Source: Macrostomum lignano
Taxonomy: Eukaryota
Assembly: GCA_002269645.1 (NCBI GenBank)
Contig: NIVC01000758.1
Span: forward strand, 310,001-374,000
Reading direction: 5' to 3'
DNA length: 64,000 nucleotides
This document shows positions 51,956-64,000 of the stretch, one piece after another. Both the position numbers and the translations under genes were made by a program. Every line of letters starts with the position of its first letter. Within the stretch, counting starts at the first letter, position 1. The notes under the pieces were generated by a model. That model did no database searches. It was not told where the DNA came from and saw only the letters and a list, made by a program, of their open reading frames with translations.

Positions 51956-54900
51956 ATGGCCAGCAAGAAGCTCAGGCGGGAGGTCCGCGTCTTCTTGTTC
52001 TCCAACGAAGGAGGTTGGTTCAGCTCCAGTCAGCTGCATTCTTTTTCTGAGCCAAGGACCCCCCAGCCACTGCAGCCCCCCTCCGCAACATTTCAGAGTT
52101 CGAAGTGGAGAAGTCCATCCTGCAGAACGTGGTCACGCCTCAGCTGAGAAAGTTTTGTATTGAGACATTTTCTACCGACTTTCTGGTGAGATTTCAATTC
52201 TGGATGGGCCTTGATTGTGCTTACCTCAGCTCAATCTGGACTCAAAATCCCCCCTCCAACAGCTTATCGACCCGCTGCAAAGCTCTGCCGGGGTCAAACT
52301 GCCCAAGAGGTCATCCCGCGACTGCTTGCGGGACAGCGACGACTGTTTCGACACCAGCGATGGGCCCGCGGCTCTGGTGAGTCTGCCTGGCAGAGTGATT
52401 CTTGATCGGTGACCGGGACTGGTGATCGGGACTGGTGCTTGGGTAATCGGGACTGGTGCGGTAATCGGGACAGGTGCTTGGGTAATCGGGACCGGTTCTT
52501 GGGTAATCGGGACAGGTGCTTGGGTAATCGGGACCGGTTCTTGGGTAATCGGGACAGGTGCTTGGGTAATCGGGACCGGTTCTTGGGTAATCGGGACTGG
52601 TGCTTGGGTAATCGGGACTGGTGCTTGGGTAATCGGGACTGGTGCTTGGGTAATCGGGACCGGTTCTTGGGTAATCGGGACCGGTTCTTGGGTAATCGGG
52701 ACCGGTTCTTGGCTAATCGGGACCGGTTATTGGGTAATTGGGACCGGTTCTTGGCTAATCGGGAGCGGTTCTTGGGTAATCGGGACAGGTGCTTGGGTGA
52801 TCAGGACCGGTTCTTGGGTAATCGGGACCGGTTCTTGGGTAATCGGGACCGGTTCTTGGGTAATCGGGACCGGTTCTTGGGTAATCGGGACCGGTTCTTG
52901 GGTAATCGGGACTGGTGCTTGGGTGATCGGGACCGGTTCTTGGGTAATCGGGACAGGTGCTTGTGTAATCGGGACCGGTTCTTGGGTAATCGGGACCGGT
53001 TCTTGGGTAATCGGGACCAGTTCTTGGGTAATCGGGACCGGTTCTTGGGTAATTGGGACCGGTTCTTGGGTAATTGGGACCGGTTCTTGGGTAATCGGGA
53101 CAGGTGCTTGGTGATCAGGACTCGTTCTAGGGTGATCAGGACTCGTTCTAGGGTGATCAGGACTCGTTCTAGGGTGATCAGGACTCGTTCTAGGGTGATC
53201 AGGACTCGTTCTAGGGTGATCAGGACTCGTTCTAGGGTGATCAGGACTCGTTCTAGGGTGATCAGGATCAACTCATGAGCAGACAGGGATTCCTCAGCAC
53301 TACTCTGTGCTTGCAGCTCGCCTACTCACAACTGCACTGCCTGCCCACTTCCCTATCGTAGGTGCTCGTGGGCGAGAAGTTCGGCAACTCAAAGCTCCCG
53401 CCCCAGCTGAGCGAGCCGGAGTTCGCCGCCTTTCTCAACGGGTTGAAAAAGAAAAATGACCCGCTGTGGACGAGCTTCCAGAAGCTGTACGCCAAGCAGT
53501 CGGACCTGAGCTACAAACTGCAGGGCGCGGCGCCCGACCTGGCCGAGAGCCTTCGCCAGCGACTGCCGCAGGTCGCCAGCGAGGCGGTGGGCGACGGAAC
53601 GCTGACGCAGGACCAGGTCGACGCTCTTTTCGTTCCCCGTAAGCCGAGTCGCGAACGGGGGCCTAGCCGAGCTGTCTCGATTTCGAGTGCAATTAACGGC
53701 CTTGATGGCCAACCCCCAAGGCACAGTGAAGTGCACATTCCTAACGATAATATAAAGTTAGGGCTGCTGTGCACTCCTGTGTGAGTGTGTGCCTGTGCGT
53801 ATGACTGCGTACGTATCCGCGTGCTTGTGTGCCTGCTCAAGGGGTCGGCGGAATGGGCAGCAATGCCTCTCGCCGGTTGTGCGACAATGTCGCCTAAAGT
53901 GCGCCAGGGTGCACACAGCGACCTGCCTCTAACGAAAATCTAACTAAAAAACTGAACTCTGAACCCTGAACCCTGACTTGCAGCCGTTGAGCACTACCTG
54001 AAGTACCTCAGGACGGACAAGAAACCCATTGATCAGTGCATCGCCTTTGCCCGAGTGCTGAAAGACGTCCGCGAATGGGGCGCCACCGAGGACCCGGAGC
54101 TGAAGGAGCAGTTCCTCGACCTGGACGCATTCGGTCGATTCAGCCAGTCGAGCAACGAGAAGGTGCAGCAGCTGCGCGAGGAGTTCCTGCAGCGCCTGCC
54201 CAAGGAAAACTACGTTCGATTTTCCATCTCGTCCGCCATGCTGTCCGAGTACAAGCTGGTGCAGCGGAACAAGTCGAACGTGGTCAGCAAGCTGGCCGAG
54301 ACCCCGCTGGCCAGCAAGGACATGAAGGCCACAACCTACCTGACCATCTTTGCCAAGCAGACCTTTGAAAAGCTGAAGAATCACGTGATGAAATTCTGCG
54401 GCAGACACGAGTTCCTGGCCTTGCCGCTGCCGATGGAGATCGAGACGCACAGCGCCGTTTTGGCAGGCCAGCGGGTCCGTCCGCCCGTGTTCAGCCGAGA
54501 CCGGGAGCTCAAAATCCTGCAGAACTACGTGGCCTCCAAGTCTCAGCTGCCCGGCCTTCTTTACGGTGACCACGGCTCGGGCAAGACCGTCATCATCAAG
54601 CAGCTGATTGACCAGGTGACTGACGACAATCTGGTGATCATCAAGCGCTGCTGCGGGCGAACCACTCTGTCCTGCACGCTGCAGCAGATCATCGCCAGCG
54701 TCACGCAGGAAATCTACTTCCACGCCAGGAGACAGTTCGCGCCTAGCTGCGAGTACGCCCAGGTCGTGTACGACTTCACGCGGGCGCTGCAGCTTCCCGG
54801 CTTCAAGAAGCAGCTGCTGATCGTGCTGGACGACATCGACCTTCTGTACCCGCAGAGCCACACCGAGCTGTTCCGCTGGCTGCCGCACCGGCTGCCGGCC

Positions 54901-57900
54901 AACGTCAAGGTGCTGGTGACGGCCGGCAGCGAGAGTTTCCTCACCAATTTCAAGCGCCGCTTTGACGACAGCAGCTCCCTGACGCTGACCGGCGTCGTCC
55001 CGTCCGCGGCCATCAAGGAGTTTCCCAGCATCCTGGCGGCCAAAGGAAAAACCATCGGCGACAAGAACCGCGAGCTGGCGAACTCGCTGCTGCAGAACAA
55101 CTCGTATCCGCTGTACACAATCATCCTGGCCGATGTCCTGCCCTGCCGCGAAGACAAGCTGCCCGACCGAGTCAAGCTCATCTTTATGAAACGCCTGGAG
55201 CAGCTTGAGCAGAAGCACGGCCTGTGGGTAGTGAGGAGCATTCTGTCGTACATCAGCTGCTCGCGCTTTGGCCTGTCGCTCCCGGAGCTGCAGGATGTTC
55301 TCAGCCTGGACAATTCTGTCGCTGTAGACTCCGGGTTCGACGCCAAGCACTCGAACTTCTACCGAGTCCCCATGGGGATCATCACGGCATTTCTGGACGA
55401 CGTCGAGCTCTACCTGATCCGGGTGCAGCTGGATGACCGACTGGTGTACACGTGGGCACACGATGTCCTCCGCTCAGCTGTGACAGACTACTACCAGCTC
55501 AACAAGGAGTTCGGCGTGCAGGTCAGCCAGCAGCTCGCCGAGTACTGGAGCGGTCGCTGGGCCGGGGCCAAGGCGAAGCCGCTTTTTGAAAAGTCTCAGA
55601 CAGACGGCGATGAGTCCAAAAGCGTCAACGTGGACCGAGTGGCTCTGTACCAGTCCTTCATGTGGAGTGGACGCGATCTTTCCGTGAGCAACAACAGGAA
55701 GCTGAGCGAGCTCACTTACAGTCTCCTCAAGGGGGAGAAAGTGTCCGACCTGTACCGCTCCTGCCTCTTCAACTTTGATTACTTGTACGCCAAGCTCAAC
55801 GCGTTCAGCGTAAACGATTTGATCTCCGAGTTCTACTTTCTGCGCCAGAACTACGAGGTTCGAGCAAACCAGGAGGTTGAGGTGCTGATTTCTCTGCTCA
55901 GGTTGCTCGCTCCAATAATCGAGAAAGACCTCAGCCTCATGGGAATCGAACTGTCCGGCCGTCTTTGCCACCTGGCCGGCTCACAGGTTCTCATCACCGG
56001 TCTGCTGCAGCAGATCGACAGTCAGGGAAGCCGCGTGAACTGCCTCTGCCCGGTTGTGCCTTCATTTCCGCCAGTGGAGATGGACGAAACTAAGGTGCCA
56101 CTTCCGGGGCCCGCAAGCGCTCCGATCCAGTGCGCCCTGTCGCCGGACAACCGATTCCTGGCCACGCTGCTGCTCATCAACGGCGAGCTGTTCCTCTACG
56201 TGTGGGACGCGAAGTCCGCCACGAAGTCGCAGATCCTCAACTTAGGCGAGCACGATGGCAGCAAGTTTTTGAGCATCACCTACATGCCGCAGACTGACGA
56301 GCAGATGCTGCTTTACTATAAAAAGCGGGTCTCTGACAGGGACACCTGCGGCTACTTGTTTCTGAACCTCAGCACCGCCACCTTTGACAACAAGCTGGAG
56401 TTCAGAGCCTCGGAGAAACCTAAAATTGTTTACCTGACCAAAAGCTACGTTGTGCTTCGCGTGGATGGCAAAGTGCGCGTCTACCAGCACTCGAATGCGT
56501 CACCGGCCCTGGAGTTCAAGAACTTCCACTGGCCGTTCCTGATCACGCCCAACGACAAGTACATTATCGCGCCAAAAGCTTGGAAGACCGACTCAAGTAA
56601 GGTTGAGACGAACCTGCGCTTGCTCAACACAACAACAGGAGACCAGGTTTGCGTTCTGTCCTGCCACCTCTATTCCACCTGCCTGCTGTCCAACGCGCGC
56701 ACCGAGTTTGTGTTCGTTGGCTGCAAAAACCTCGGACTCGTCTTGCGCTACGACATCGCCCAGGCCATCAAGCGCGACATCAAGAAGCTGACGCCTTCCA
56801 TGGAGTTCAGCTTAGAGAGGCAAGAAAACCTTGGACCCGAGTTTAAGAGCCTGTTCGCTAAATACAAGTCTCACACATCCGTGACCAACATGATGCTGTC
56901 TATCGATGAGAAGTATCTCATTGTTGAGTACAACATCAACGACATTCGCACAGTGGAGACAATCTGGTCATTGAGTCAGAAAACTGTTCAGGCCGTGTTG
57001 CCGCAGGTGCCCAACGCAGTAACCCGGTTCTCCGTGGACGGCGCCCACGTGTACCAGTTCGTGCTGCACAGCGAGAGCGACACCACCGTCCGCCTGTTCA
57101 ACTGCAGCTCTGGAGAGCTCGTCCAGCAGGTCAGTATTGGAAGCCGGATCGAAGATGTCTACGTAGTGAAGGAGCGACTCACCCTGTTGGTCACGCCGAA
57201 TCAGGTGACTCTAAGCAGTCTGAAGTCACCCAGTGATCGTCCAACTCAGGTGGAGGCCCAGGTTGCCTACTACGGCACGGCGTTGAACAGCCCCTACTAC
57301 CACACCGACTTGAACATTCTGTATGACAACAACCCGAATCTTTGCGACTTCACCTTCCTCAATCTGGACAATGGCAGCTACCTGAGCTACGACATGACGC
57401 ACAAATCCGAGGTTATCGGCAGCTTTCCAGTGCAGCGCAAGATCACTCCGGACGGAGAGAAGCTGCTTCTCATTTTTGAAGCCAAGAAGCCAAAGCGCGC
57501 GTCAGCAACTGAAGACTTTTCAAGCCAGCCAGATGCCCGAGGCGGCGCCGTGGCGCGGGAAAGGGGAGCAAACCTGCGGAAGCCTGAGCTGCCGAACAGG
57601 AACTACTTCACCGGCGGTCTCTACATCGAGGCCACGCCAACAGTGGGAAGGCCAGCAAAGCCGCGGCCAAGCCCGGGCGATCCGTATGGTCAGAAGGTGA
57701 TTCGGGTGCACGACACGGACACGGGGCAGTTGGTGAGCCAGATTTCCATCACCGGAGAAGCCGTGAGCCACGTCACCAGCCGACTGCTGCTCACGCTGAA
57801 GCCGGACCACGCCAGCAGGACGCGGGAGTCGCCGGAAGCGAATGACATTTTGAGCGCGTACGACCTGCAGACCGGCCAGTTCCTTCAGCAGACGTATCTC

Positions 57901-58863
57901 GAGCACAAGATCATCGCGTCAAAACTTGTTGAGTCCAACAGCCGCTTGGTGATCTGTTGCGGCAGAAACGGCCGCTTCGTCAAGACGCTCGGGGGCAAGC
58001 TGTTCGAGAGAGTCCAGCACGAGGTTGATGTGGCGAGTCTGTTGAAGGGAATCGACGAGTACGCCAGAATCCCCCTGATCAAGGGCATGCTAGTGCCGGA
58101 CGAAAGTCCCAACATCGTGCTGCTCCAATTCGTCATCAAGGAGAACGAGATCCAGTACGCTAAGGTAGACATTCAGAAAGCCTGTGTCATCTCCTCCTTC
58201 TCAACGCAGGACTACATCCGGGACATCACTAGGGACGGCAAGGTCGGAATCGACAAGAGCTTGCGCCTGTACGACACCACCCGTGGAGACGCCCTCAAGC
58301 AGCTCAGCCTGTCCCCGGATGGTGCCGACGCTCAGCAGCTGGACACGATTCCCCGGTTCATCGGAGACGGCTCGCTCATCGTCGTGCTGGACAAGGCGCA
58401 GAACGAGCTGACCATCCTTCGCAACGACGGTTCTGCGGGCAGCGGCACCGTCCTCGGCAGGTCCATCCTGCACAGGTTGCGGAAGAGGCAGCAGGGTCAG
58501 ACTCCTTCCGGAGAGGATGACGAAGAAGAAGACTTCCAGCTGGTTGTCGGCCACGCCGGGAAGGTGGCCCTCGTCTTCACCGAGACGGAGTTCAAAGTGT
58601 TCGTAGTCAGAGACGATCACCTGCGCGGCAAGCGGCTGGCTGAGCAGGCCTACCACGGCATCTCGGACCGCTGCCGCCACCTCATGGGGCTGAGGCGGCA
58701 CAACTCGCTGGACAGCCTGTTTGCCAAGCGGGCCCCGTCCGGGCAAGCCGAGACTGCCGCCGAGAAGGAGGACGGCGGCAAGCGCGCAAAAAAGGGCCGC
58801 TCGCCCAAGGTGGGCTCGTCTCACAAGAGCCCCGTTGAGAAGTCAACGCCGACGCGAAAATAA
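51956..58863 (+). CDS. NACHT and WD40/beta-propeller protein (NWD1/NWD2-like STAND NTPase), about 1816 aa; exons 51956-52013, 52097-52185, 52230-52376, 53362-53638, 53984-58863
   Basis: N-terminal VRVFLFS...EKSILQNVVTPQLRKFC and VLVGEKFG (NWD/DUF4062-like); Walker A LLYGDHGSGKT; Walker B LLIVLDDIDL; GLSLPELQDVLSLD...YTWAH winged helix; beta-rich C-terminus. Confidence 0.85.
52415..53270. repeat. Two related 21-bp minisatellites (GGGTAATCGGGACCGGTTCTT, then GGGTGATCAGGACTCGTTCTA from about 53110) in NWD intron 3
   Basis: About 40 tandem units. Confidence 0.95.
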
Positions 58864-59822
58864 CCAGATTTCTTCCGACTTGCTTACTCAGATAATTAAT
58901 TGACTTTTTAATGAGCAAAGAAGAGACATTGTTAATCTTACTGTAAACTTTTCAAATAATTTACCCAATAAAAACTGCTTCCATCAGCCTTTCGTGTTGT
59001 TCTTTGTTTTTTTAACAAGTTGGGACTGCAGCATGGCTTGGCTGATTCGCATCTCGTCACGCCAGCGGCTGACACGCTCTCGATGCGTGCATCCGGGAGC
59101 CTGGGGAAGAACGGCATGCTTAGCAATGGGGCAGCCAGCCTGTGCTGTCTGTCAGATGATCAGCTACTTGCTAAATGAAAGGGAAGTGCGGCGCCTTCAG
59201 CGCTGAATCAATAAGCCCCCAGCTGCATTGGTAATTGCACCTCACGGCCTGCAAATCTGCATTTCATCCCGATTTCCCATAATGAGGAGCTCACAGAAGA
59301 CAGCCACGCGCACTGACAGGCCGTCACCGTCTGTGAGGTTGATAAAATCGCTCAAGCGCGATCAACAGCCGGTTTATTATCCTCCGCAACATGACTCAGC
59401 TTAAGCCGCTGATATATTTTAAATTCGCGCTTAGCATTTTGTTTAAATCGATACAGGAAATTCGGAAACGTGCATTAAGATTGTCAACCTTTGGTAATAA
59501 ACATTTGCTGCATCTGTTGCATGTGTGAAGCTCGGGTTGCTGTAGTTTATATGCTAAATAAATTACGCTCTTGTTTAACTCGTACGCGTGGCATGCGTTG
59601 GACTGGTGAATGCCTCATTTGCACCCGCCAATCTGTCGTACTAGGATTAATATTCCTCATCAAAGTGTACTTTTCGAAGCCTTTGCCAAAATTTCGCACT
59701 ATTCGTTTTCCCAAAATTTGTATGATAATCACCCGCAAAAGAAAAATAAGCGCATTGTATATTTCCTCTACTGTAAGTAGAAATGCGATCATTTAATCGT
59801 ATTTCCCGAGAAAACTATCCTA

Positions 59823-60300
59823 TTTCCAGAAAGTTCCTGAAAAGTTAATTTCTATAATTTTCAAAACAGTTCTTTAAAACTGCTGTAAAGAAAGTACGCA
59901 CCAAGGACTGGGAGGGTGGCTGCAGTAGCTGCAACTGAGAATTTTGAGTCCGCTCGGAGAGAACGGGGTTCGGAAAGGCGTCTAGAAGTTACCCAGAAAC
60001 GATTGGACAACTTGAATAATCAATAAAAAAAAAAAAACAGACATTCATCGTATCGCAGTCTTATTAAACTTTCTCAAAACTTTGGTCTTTTATATTAAAG
60101 TATACGGAAGAAAATTTAATTATACAAAACTCCATAATAAATAGAAAAGTAAAAAACAACATGCGCATTTAATCTACTGTAAGTAGAAATACGATCACTT
60201 TATCGTATTTTGTGAAAAAACGGCCCCATTTCTAGAAATTTCCAGAATCAAGTCAGTGACACAAGACTTCTAGAAACTTCCAATCGCGCAGTCTATATAA
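59823..60300 (+). promoter_or_regulatory. Heat-shock promoter: three HSE clusters and a TATA box
   Basis: TTCcaGAAagTTCctGAA 59824; TTCtaGAAatTTCcaGAA 60230; TTCtaGAAacTTC 60268; TATATAA 60294. Confidence 0.85.
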
Positions 60301-60421
60301 GCGCGACAGGCTGATTCTCGAAGAGTCAAGTTGCAAAGCAAGCAAACAAGCCAATCGAAAGCAATCCAAGCAAACCAATCAAAGCACTCGAAGCGTTCAA
60401 CAATCAAGCGAATTCGCCACA

Positions 60422-61222
60422 ATGTCGCTCTGGATCGCGCCAAGCAACGTGTACACGCCGTTCTCGCACGCCCTACCGCTCGCGGCAGCCATGAGCGAGC
60501 TGGACGACTGGCTGACGCCCGAGTACGACCCGCTGGTGCAGCTGCTGCGCCACCGGGGTCCGAGGCGACCTCGGCAGTGGAGCCGGACTGTCGACCTTCG
60601 CGGCTTCCCCCCGAAGGACGTGTCGGTGAAGCGAGAGGACCGGAAGGTGCGCGTGGTGGCTCGGCTCGAGAACGGCGAGGACTCGACGGAGGTGAAGCGG
60701 TCAGTGGAGCTGCCGGAGGAGGTGGACGCTGAGAAGCTGAGCAGCGGCTTCACCCAGGACGGCATGCTGGTGCTGAAGGCGCCGTTCAAGGAGCAGCAGC
60801 TCAAGCAGCAACAGCAGCAGCAGGACTCGGTGTGGGACGAGCTGCGCAGTCTGCTGCGAGGCGACCTGCAGTCCGGCCAGCTGGTGGAGGCCAGCGACGG
60901 CAGCAAGCGGTTCAAGGCGGAGCTGTCGGTGCGCGAGTTCAAGCCGGACGAGATCCGCATCAAGCAGCAGGGCGACTGCGTGCGAGTCGAGGCTGAGCAC
61001 AAGGACGAGTCGAACGGGCAGCGGATCCACAAGCGGCTGGAGAGAGAGTTCCAGCTGCCCGCCGGCACCAAGCTGGACCAGGTGGCCAGCAAGCTCAGCC
61101 AGGACGGCCGGCTCTGCATCGAGGCGCCGTTCGAGGCTCCGCCCGCCAAGGAGAAGCCGCAGCTCAAGGATGTCCCCATGGAGATCGACAAGCCTGCCGA
61201 GCTGCAGAATGGGGCCAAGTGA
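60422..61222 (+). CDS. Small heat-shock protein with two alpha-crystallin domains (p40/Tsp36-like), 266 aa, intronless
   Basis: Two copies of the ACD pattern: VDLRGFPPKDVSVK...LPEEVDAEKLSSGFTQDGMLVLKAP and LSVREFKPDEIRIK...LPAGTKLDQVASKLSQDGRLCIEAP. Confidence 0.92.
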   Translation: MSLWIAPSNVYTPFSHALPLAAAMSELDDWLTPEYDPLVQLLRHRGPRRPRQWSRTVDLRGFPPKDVSVKREDRKVRVVARLENGEDSTEVKRSVELPEEVDAEKLSSGFTQDGMLVLKAPFKEQQLKQQQQQQDSVWDELRSLLRGDLQSGQLVEASDGSKRFKAELSVREFKPDEIRIKQQGDCVRVEAEHKDESNGQRIHKRLEREFQLPAGTKLDQVASKLSQDGRLCIEAPFEAPPAKEKPQLKDVPMEIDKPAELQNGAK

Positions 61223-61754
61223 TGTGCCGGTTGTCATGGCAACTGCCTTAACTCGAACTGACAGTTGAGAACAGTGGCATGTACTTTGGGTCTCACTGAC
61301 CTGCATGTGCATGTATGGGTATGCTTTGAGCTAAGTTGATTGCTTTTATTGTTATACTGCGATCTAGTACATTGCCCACCTGTATTATGAATGACTGTCT
61401 GATTTAGTAGCTCAATAGTACTGCTTGCATTTACTCCAGATTTACAGGTTGCACAGCAACCAGCACTGCATTCTCATTGAAATCATTGTAAACTGCTGGC
61501 ATTGAAATCATTAACAATATACTGCAGGCATTCGCCCTGATCTTGAGGGCATTGGTCGTTTACTTTACCTTAATTAGAACTGTTCCTGCATTTTGTTCTG
61601 ACTTTATTATTCACACTAGGCGAAGGACGGGGCAAAGCCAGTGAAGGCTTCAATTTGCACCATTTTACTGACGCGCCTGTGCATGGGGCTTAACGTCATG
61701 AAGAAAAACTTACCTTGGTGTTTAGAAAATCAAGTCAAGAGAGATGAAGCATGA

Positions 61755-64000
61755 GGCATCTCATTGATCCCCCTTCCTTAGCATTGGCATCTCATTGATC
61801 CCCCTTGAGCATTGGCATCTCATTGATCCCCCTTCCTTAGCATTGGCATCTCATTGACCCCCCTTCCTTAGCATTGGCATCTCATTGATCCCCCTTCCTT
61901 AGCATTGGCATCTCATTGACCCCCTTCCTTAGCATTGGCATCTCATTGATCCCCCTTCCTTAGCATTGGCATCTCATTGACCCCCCTTCCTTAGCATTGG
62001 CATCTCATTGACCCCCTTCCTTAGCATTGGCATCTCATTGATCCCCCTTCCTTAGCATTGGCATCTCATTGATCCCCTTCCTTAGCATTGGCATCTCATT
62101 GATCCCCCTTCCTTAGCATTGGCATCTCATTGACCCCCTTCCTTAGCATTGGCATCTCATTGATCCCCTTCCTTAGCATTGGCATCTCATTGACCCCCCT
62201 TCCTTAGCATTGGCATCTTATTGATCCCCCTTGAGCATTGGCATCTCATTGATCCCCCTTCCTTAGCATTGGCATCTCATTGACCCCCCCTTCCTTAGCA
62301 TTGGCATCTCATTGATCCCCCTTCCTTAGCATTGGCATCTCATTGATCCCCCTTCCTTAGCATTGGCATCTCATTGATCCCCCTTGAGCATTGGCATCTC
62401 ATTGATCCCCCTTGAGCATTGGCATCTCATTGATCCCCCTTCCTTAGCATTGGCATCTCATTGACCCCCTTCCTTAGCATTGGCATCTCATTGATCCCCC
62501 TTCCTTAGCATTGGCATCTCATTGATCCCCCTTCCTTAGCATTGGCATCTCATTGACCCCCTTCCTTAGCATTGGCATCTCATTGATCCCCTTCCTTAGC
62601 ATTGGCATCTCATTGACCCCCTTCCTTAGCATTGGCATCTCATTGATCCCCCTTCCTTAGCATTGGCATCTCATTGACCCCCTTCCTTAGCATTGGCATC
62701 TCATTGATCCCCCTTGAGCATTGGCATCTCATTGATCCCCCTTCCTTAGCATTGGCATCTCATTGATCCCCCTTCCTTAGCATTGGCATCTCATTGACCC
62801 CCCTTCCTTAGCATTGGCATCTCATTGATCCCCCTTGAGCATTGGCATCTCATTGATCCCCCTTCCTTAGCATTGGCATCTCATTGACCCCCTTCCTTAG
62901 CATTGGCATCTCATTGATCCCCCTTGAGCATTGGCATCTCATTGATCCCCCTTCCTTAGCATTGGCATCTCATTGATCCCCCTTGAGCATTGGCATCTCA
63001 TTGATCCCCCTTCCTTAGCATTGGCATCTCATTGACCCCCCTTCCTTAGCATTGGCATCTCATTGATCCCCCTTGAGCATTGGCATCTCATTGATCCCCC
63101 TTCCTTAGCATTGGCATCTCATTGACCCCCTTCCTTAGCATTGGCATCTCATTGATCCCCCTTCCTTAGCATTGGCATCTCATTGACCCCCTTCCTTAGC
63201 ATTGGCATCTCATTGGTCCCCCTTCCTTAGCATTGGCATCTCATTGACCCCCCTTCCTTAGCATTGGCATCTTATTGATCCCCCTTGAGCATTGGCATCT
63301 CATTGATCCCCCTTCCTTAGCATTGGCATCTCATTGACCCCCTTCCTTAGCATTGGCATCTCATTGATCCCCCTTCCTTAGCATTGGCATCTCATTGACC
63401 CCCCTTCCTTAGCATTGGCATCTCATTGATCCCCCTTGAGCATTGGCATCTCATTGATCCCCCTTCCTTAGCATTGGCATCTCATTGACCCCCCTTCCTT
63501 AGCATTGGCATCTCATTGATCCCCCTTGAGCATTGGCATCTCATTGATCCCCCTTCCTTAGCATTGGCATCTCATTGACCCCCCTTCCTTAGCATTGGCA
63601 TCTCATTGATCCCCCTTCCTTAGCATTGGCATCTCATTGACCCCCTTCCTTAGCATTGGCATCTCATTGATCCCCCTTCCTTAGCATTGGCATCTCATTG
63701 ACCCCCCTTCCTTAGCATTGGCATCTTATTGATCCCCCTTGAGCATTGGCATCTCATTGATCCCCCTTCCTTAGCATTGGCATCTCATTGACCCCCCTTC
63801 CTTAGCATTGGCATCTCATTGATCCCCCTTCCTTAGCATTGGCATCTCATTGACCCCCTTCCTTAGCATTGGCATCTCATTGATCCCCCTTGAGCATTGG
63901 CATCTCATTGATCCCCCTTCCTTAGCATTGGCATCTCATTGACCCCCTTCCTTAGCATTGGCATCTCATTGATCCCCTTGAGCATTGGCATCTCATTGAT
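61755..64000. repeat. Satellite of 30/31-bp (GCATTGGCATCTCATTGATCCCCCTTCCTTA) and 28-bp (...CCCCTTGA) units, runs off the right edge
   Basis: More than 70 tandem units. Confidence 0.97.

Noticed and set aside
52409-53278. Repetitive ORFs (GNRDRFL, VIGTGSW)
   Set aside because: 21-bp minisatellite inside NWD intron 3.
43532-64000. CRISPR call for the long tandem arrays
   Set aside because: Units are head-to-tail with no unique spacers; they are satellites.

Overview
Eukaryotic (metazoan) genomic DNA, not prokaryotic: it has GT-AG introns, GC-rich exons, AT-rich CpG-poor spacers and very many unrelated minisatellites. This texture, together with a two-domain small HSP and a divergent peptide-type GPCR, suggests a flatworm such as Macrostomum (inference only). 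Host genes in order: Rab6 exons 1-4 (-, runs off the left edge), KANSL3 (-), Wee1-like kinase (+), tRNA-Lys(CTT), actin (+, one frameshift), DUF4476/PROSER1-N-like gene (-), intronless rhodopsin-type GPCR (-), a ~1816-aa NACHT/NWD-type STAND NTPase (+), and a double alpha-crystallin small HSP (+) with HSEs. Mobile DNA: a 13-kb CMC/EnSpm element (2-bp TSD, intact 767-aa transposase, BEN-like second gene) carrying a nested 5.9-kb hAT-like element with a 7-bp TSD and a hAT MITE; a truncated Gypsy-like LTR with a tRNA-Leu PBS; a solo LTR; several hAT and MULE MITEs; a piggyBac-like relic. The most unusual signal is in the solo LTR in Rab6 intron 1. Its 3' end is a regular ~55-bp repeat-spacer array in which the conserved part looks like LTR end + PBS, and different units resemble different tRNA-Leu 3' ends. 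All family assignments come from motif recognition by eye; no database search was run.
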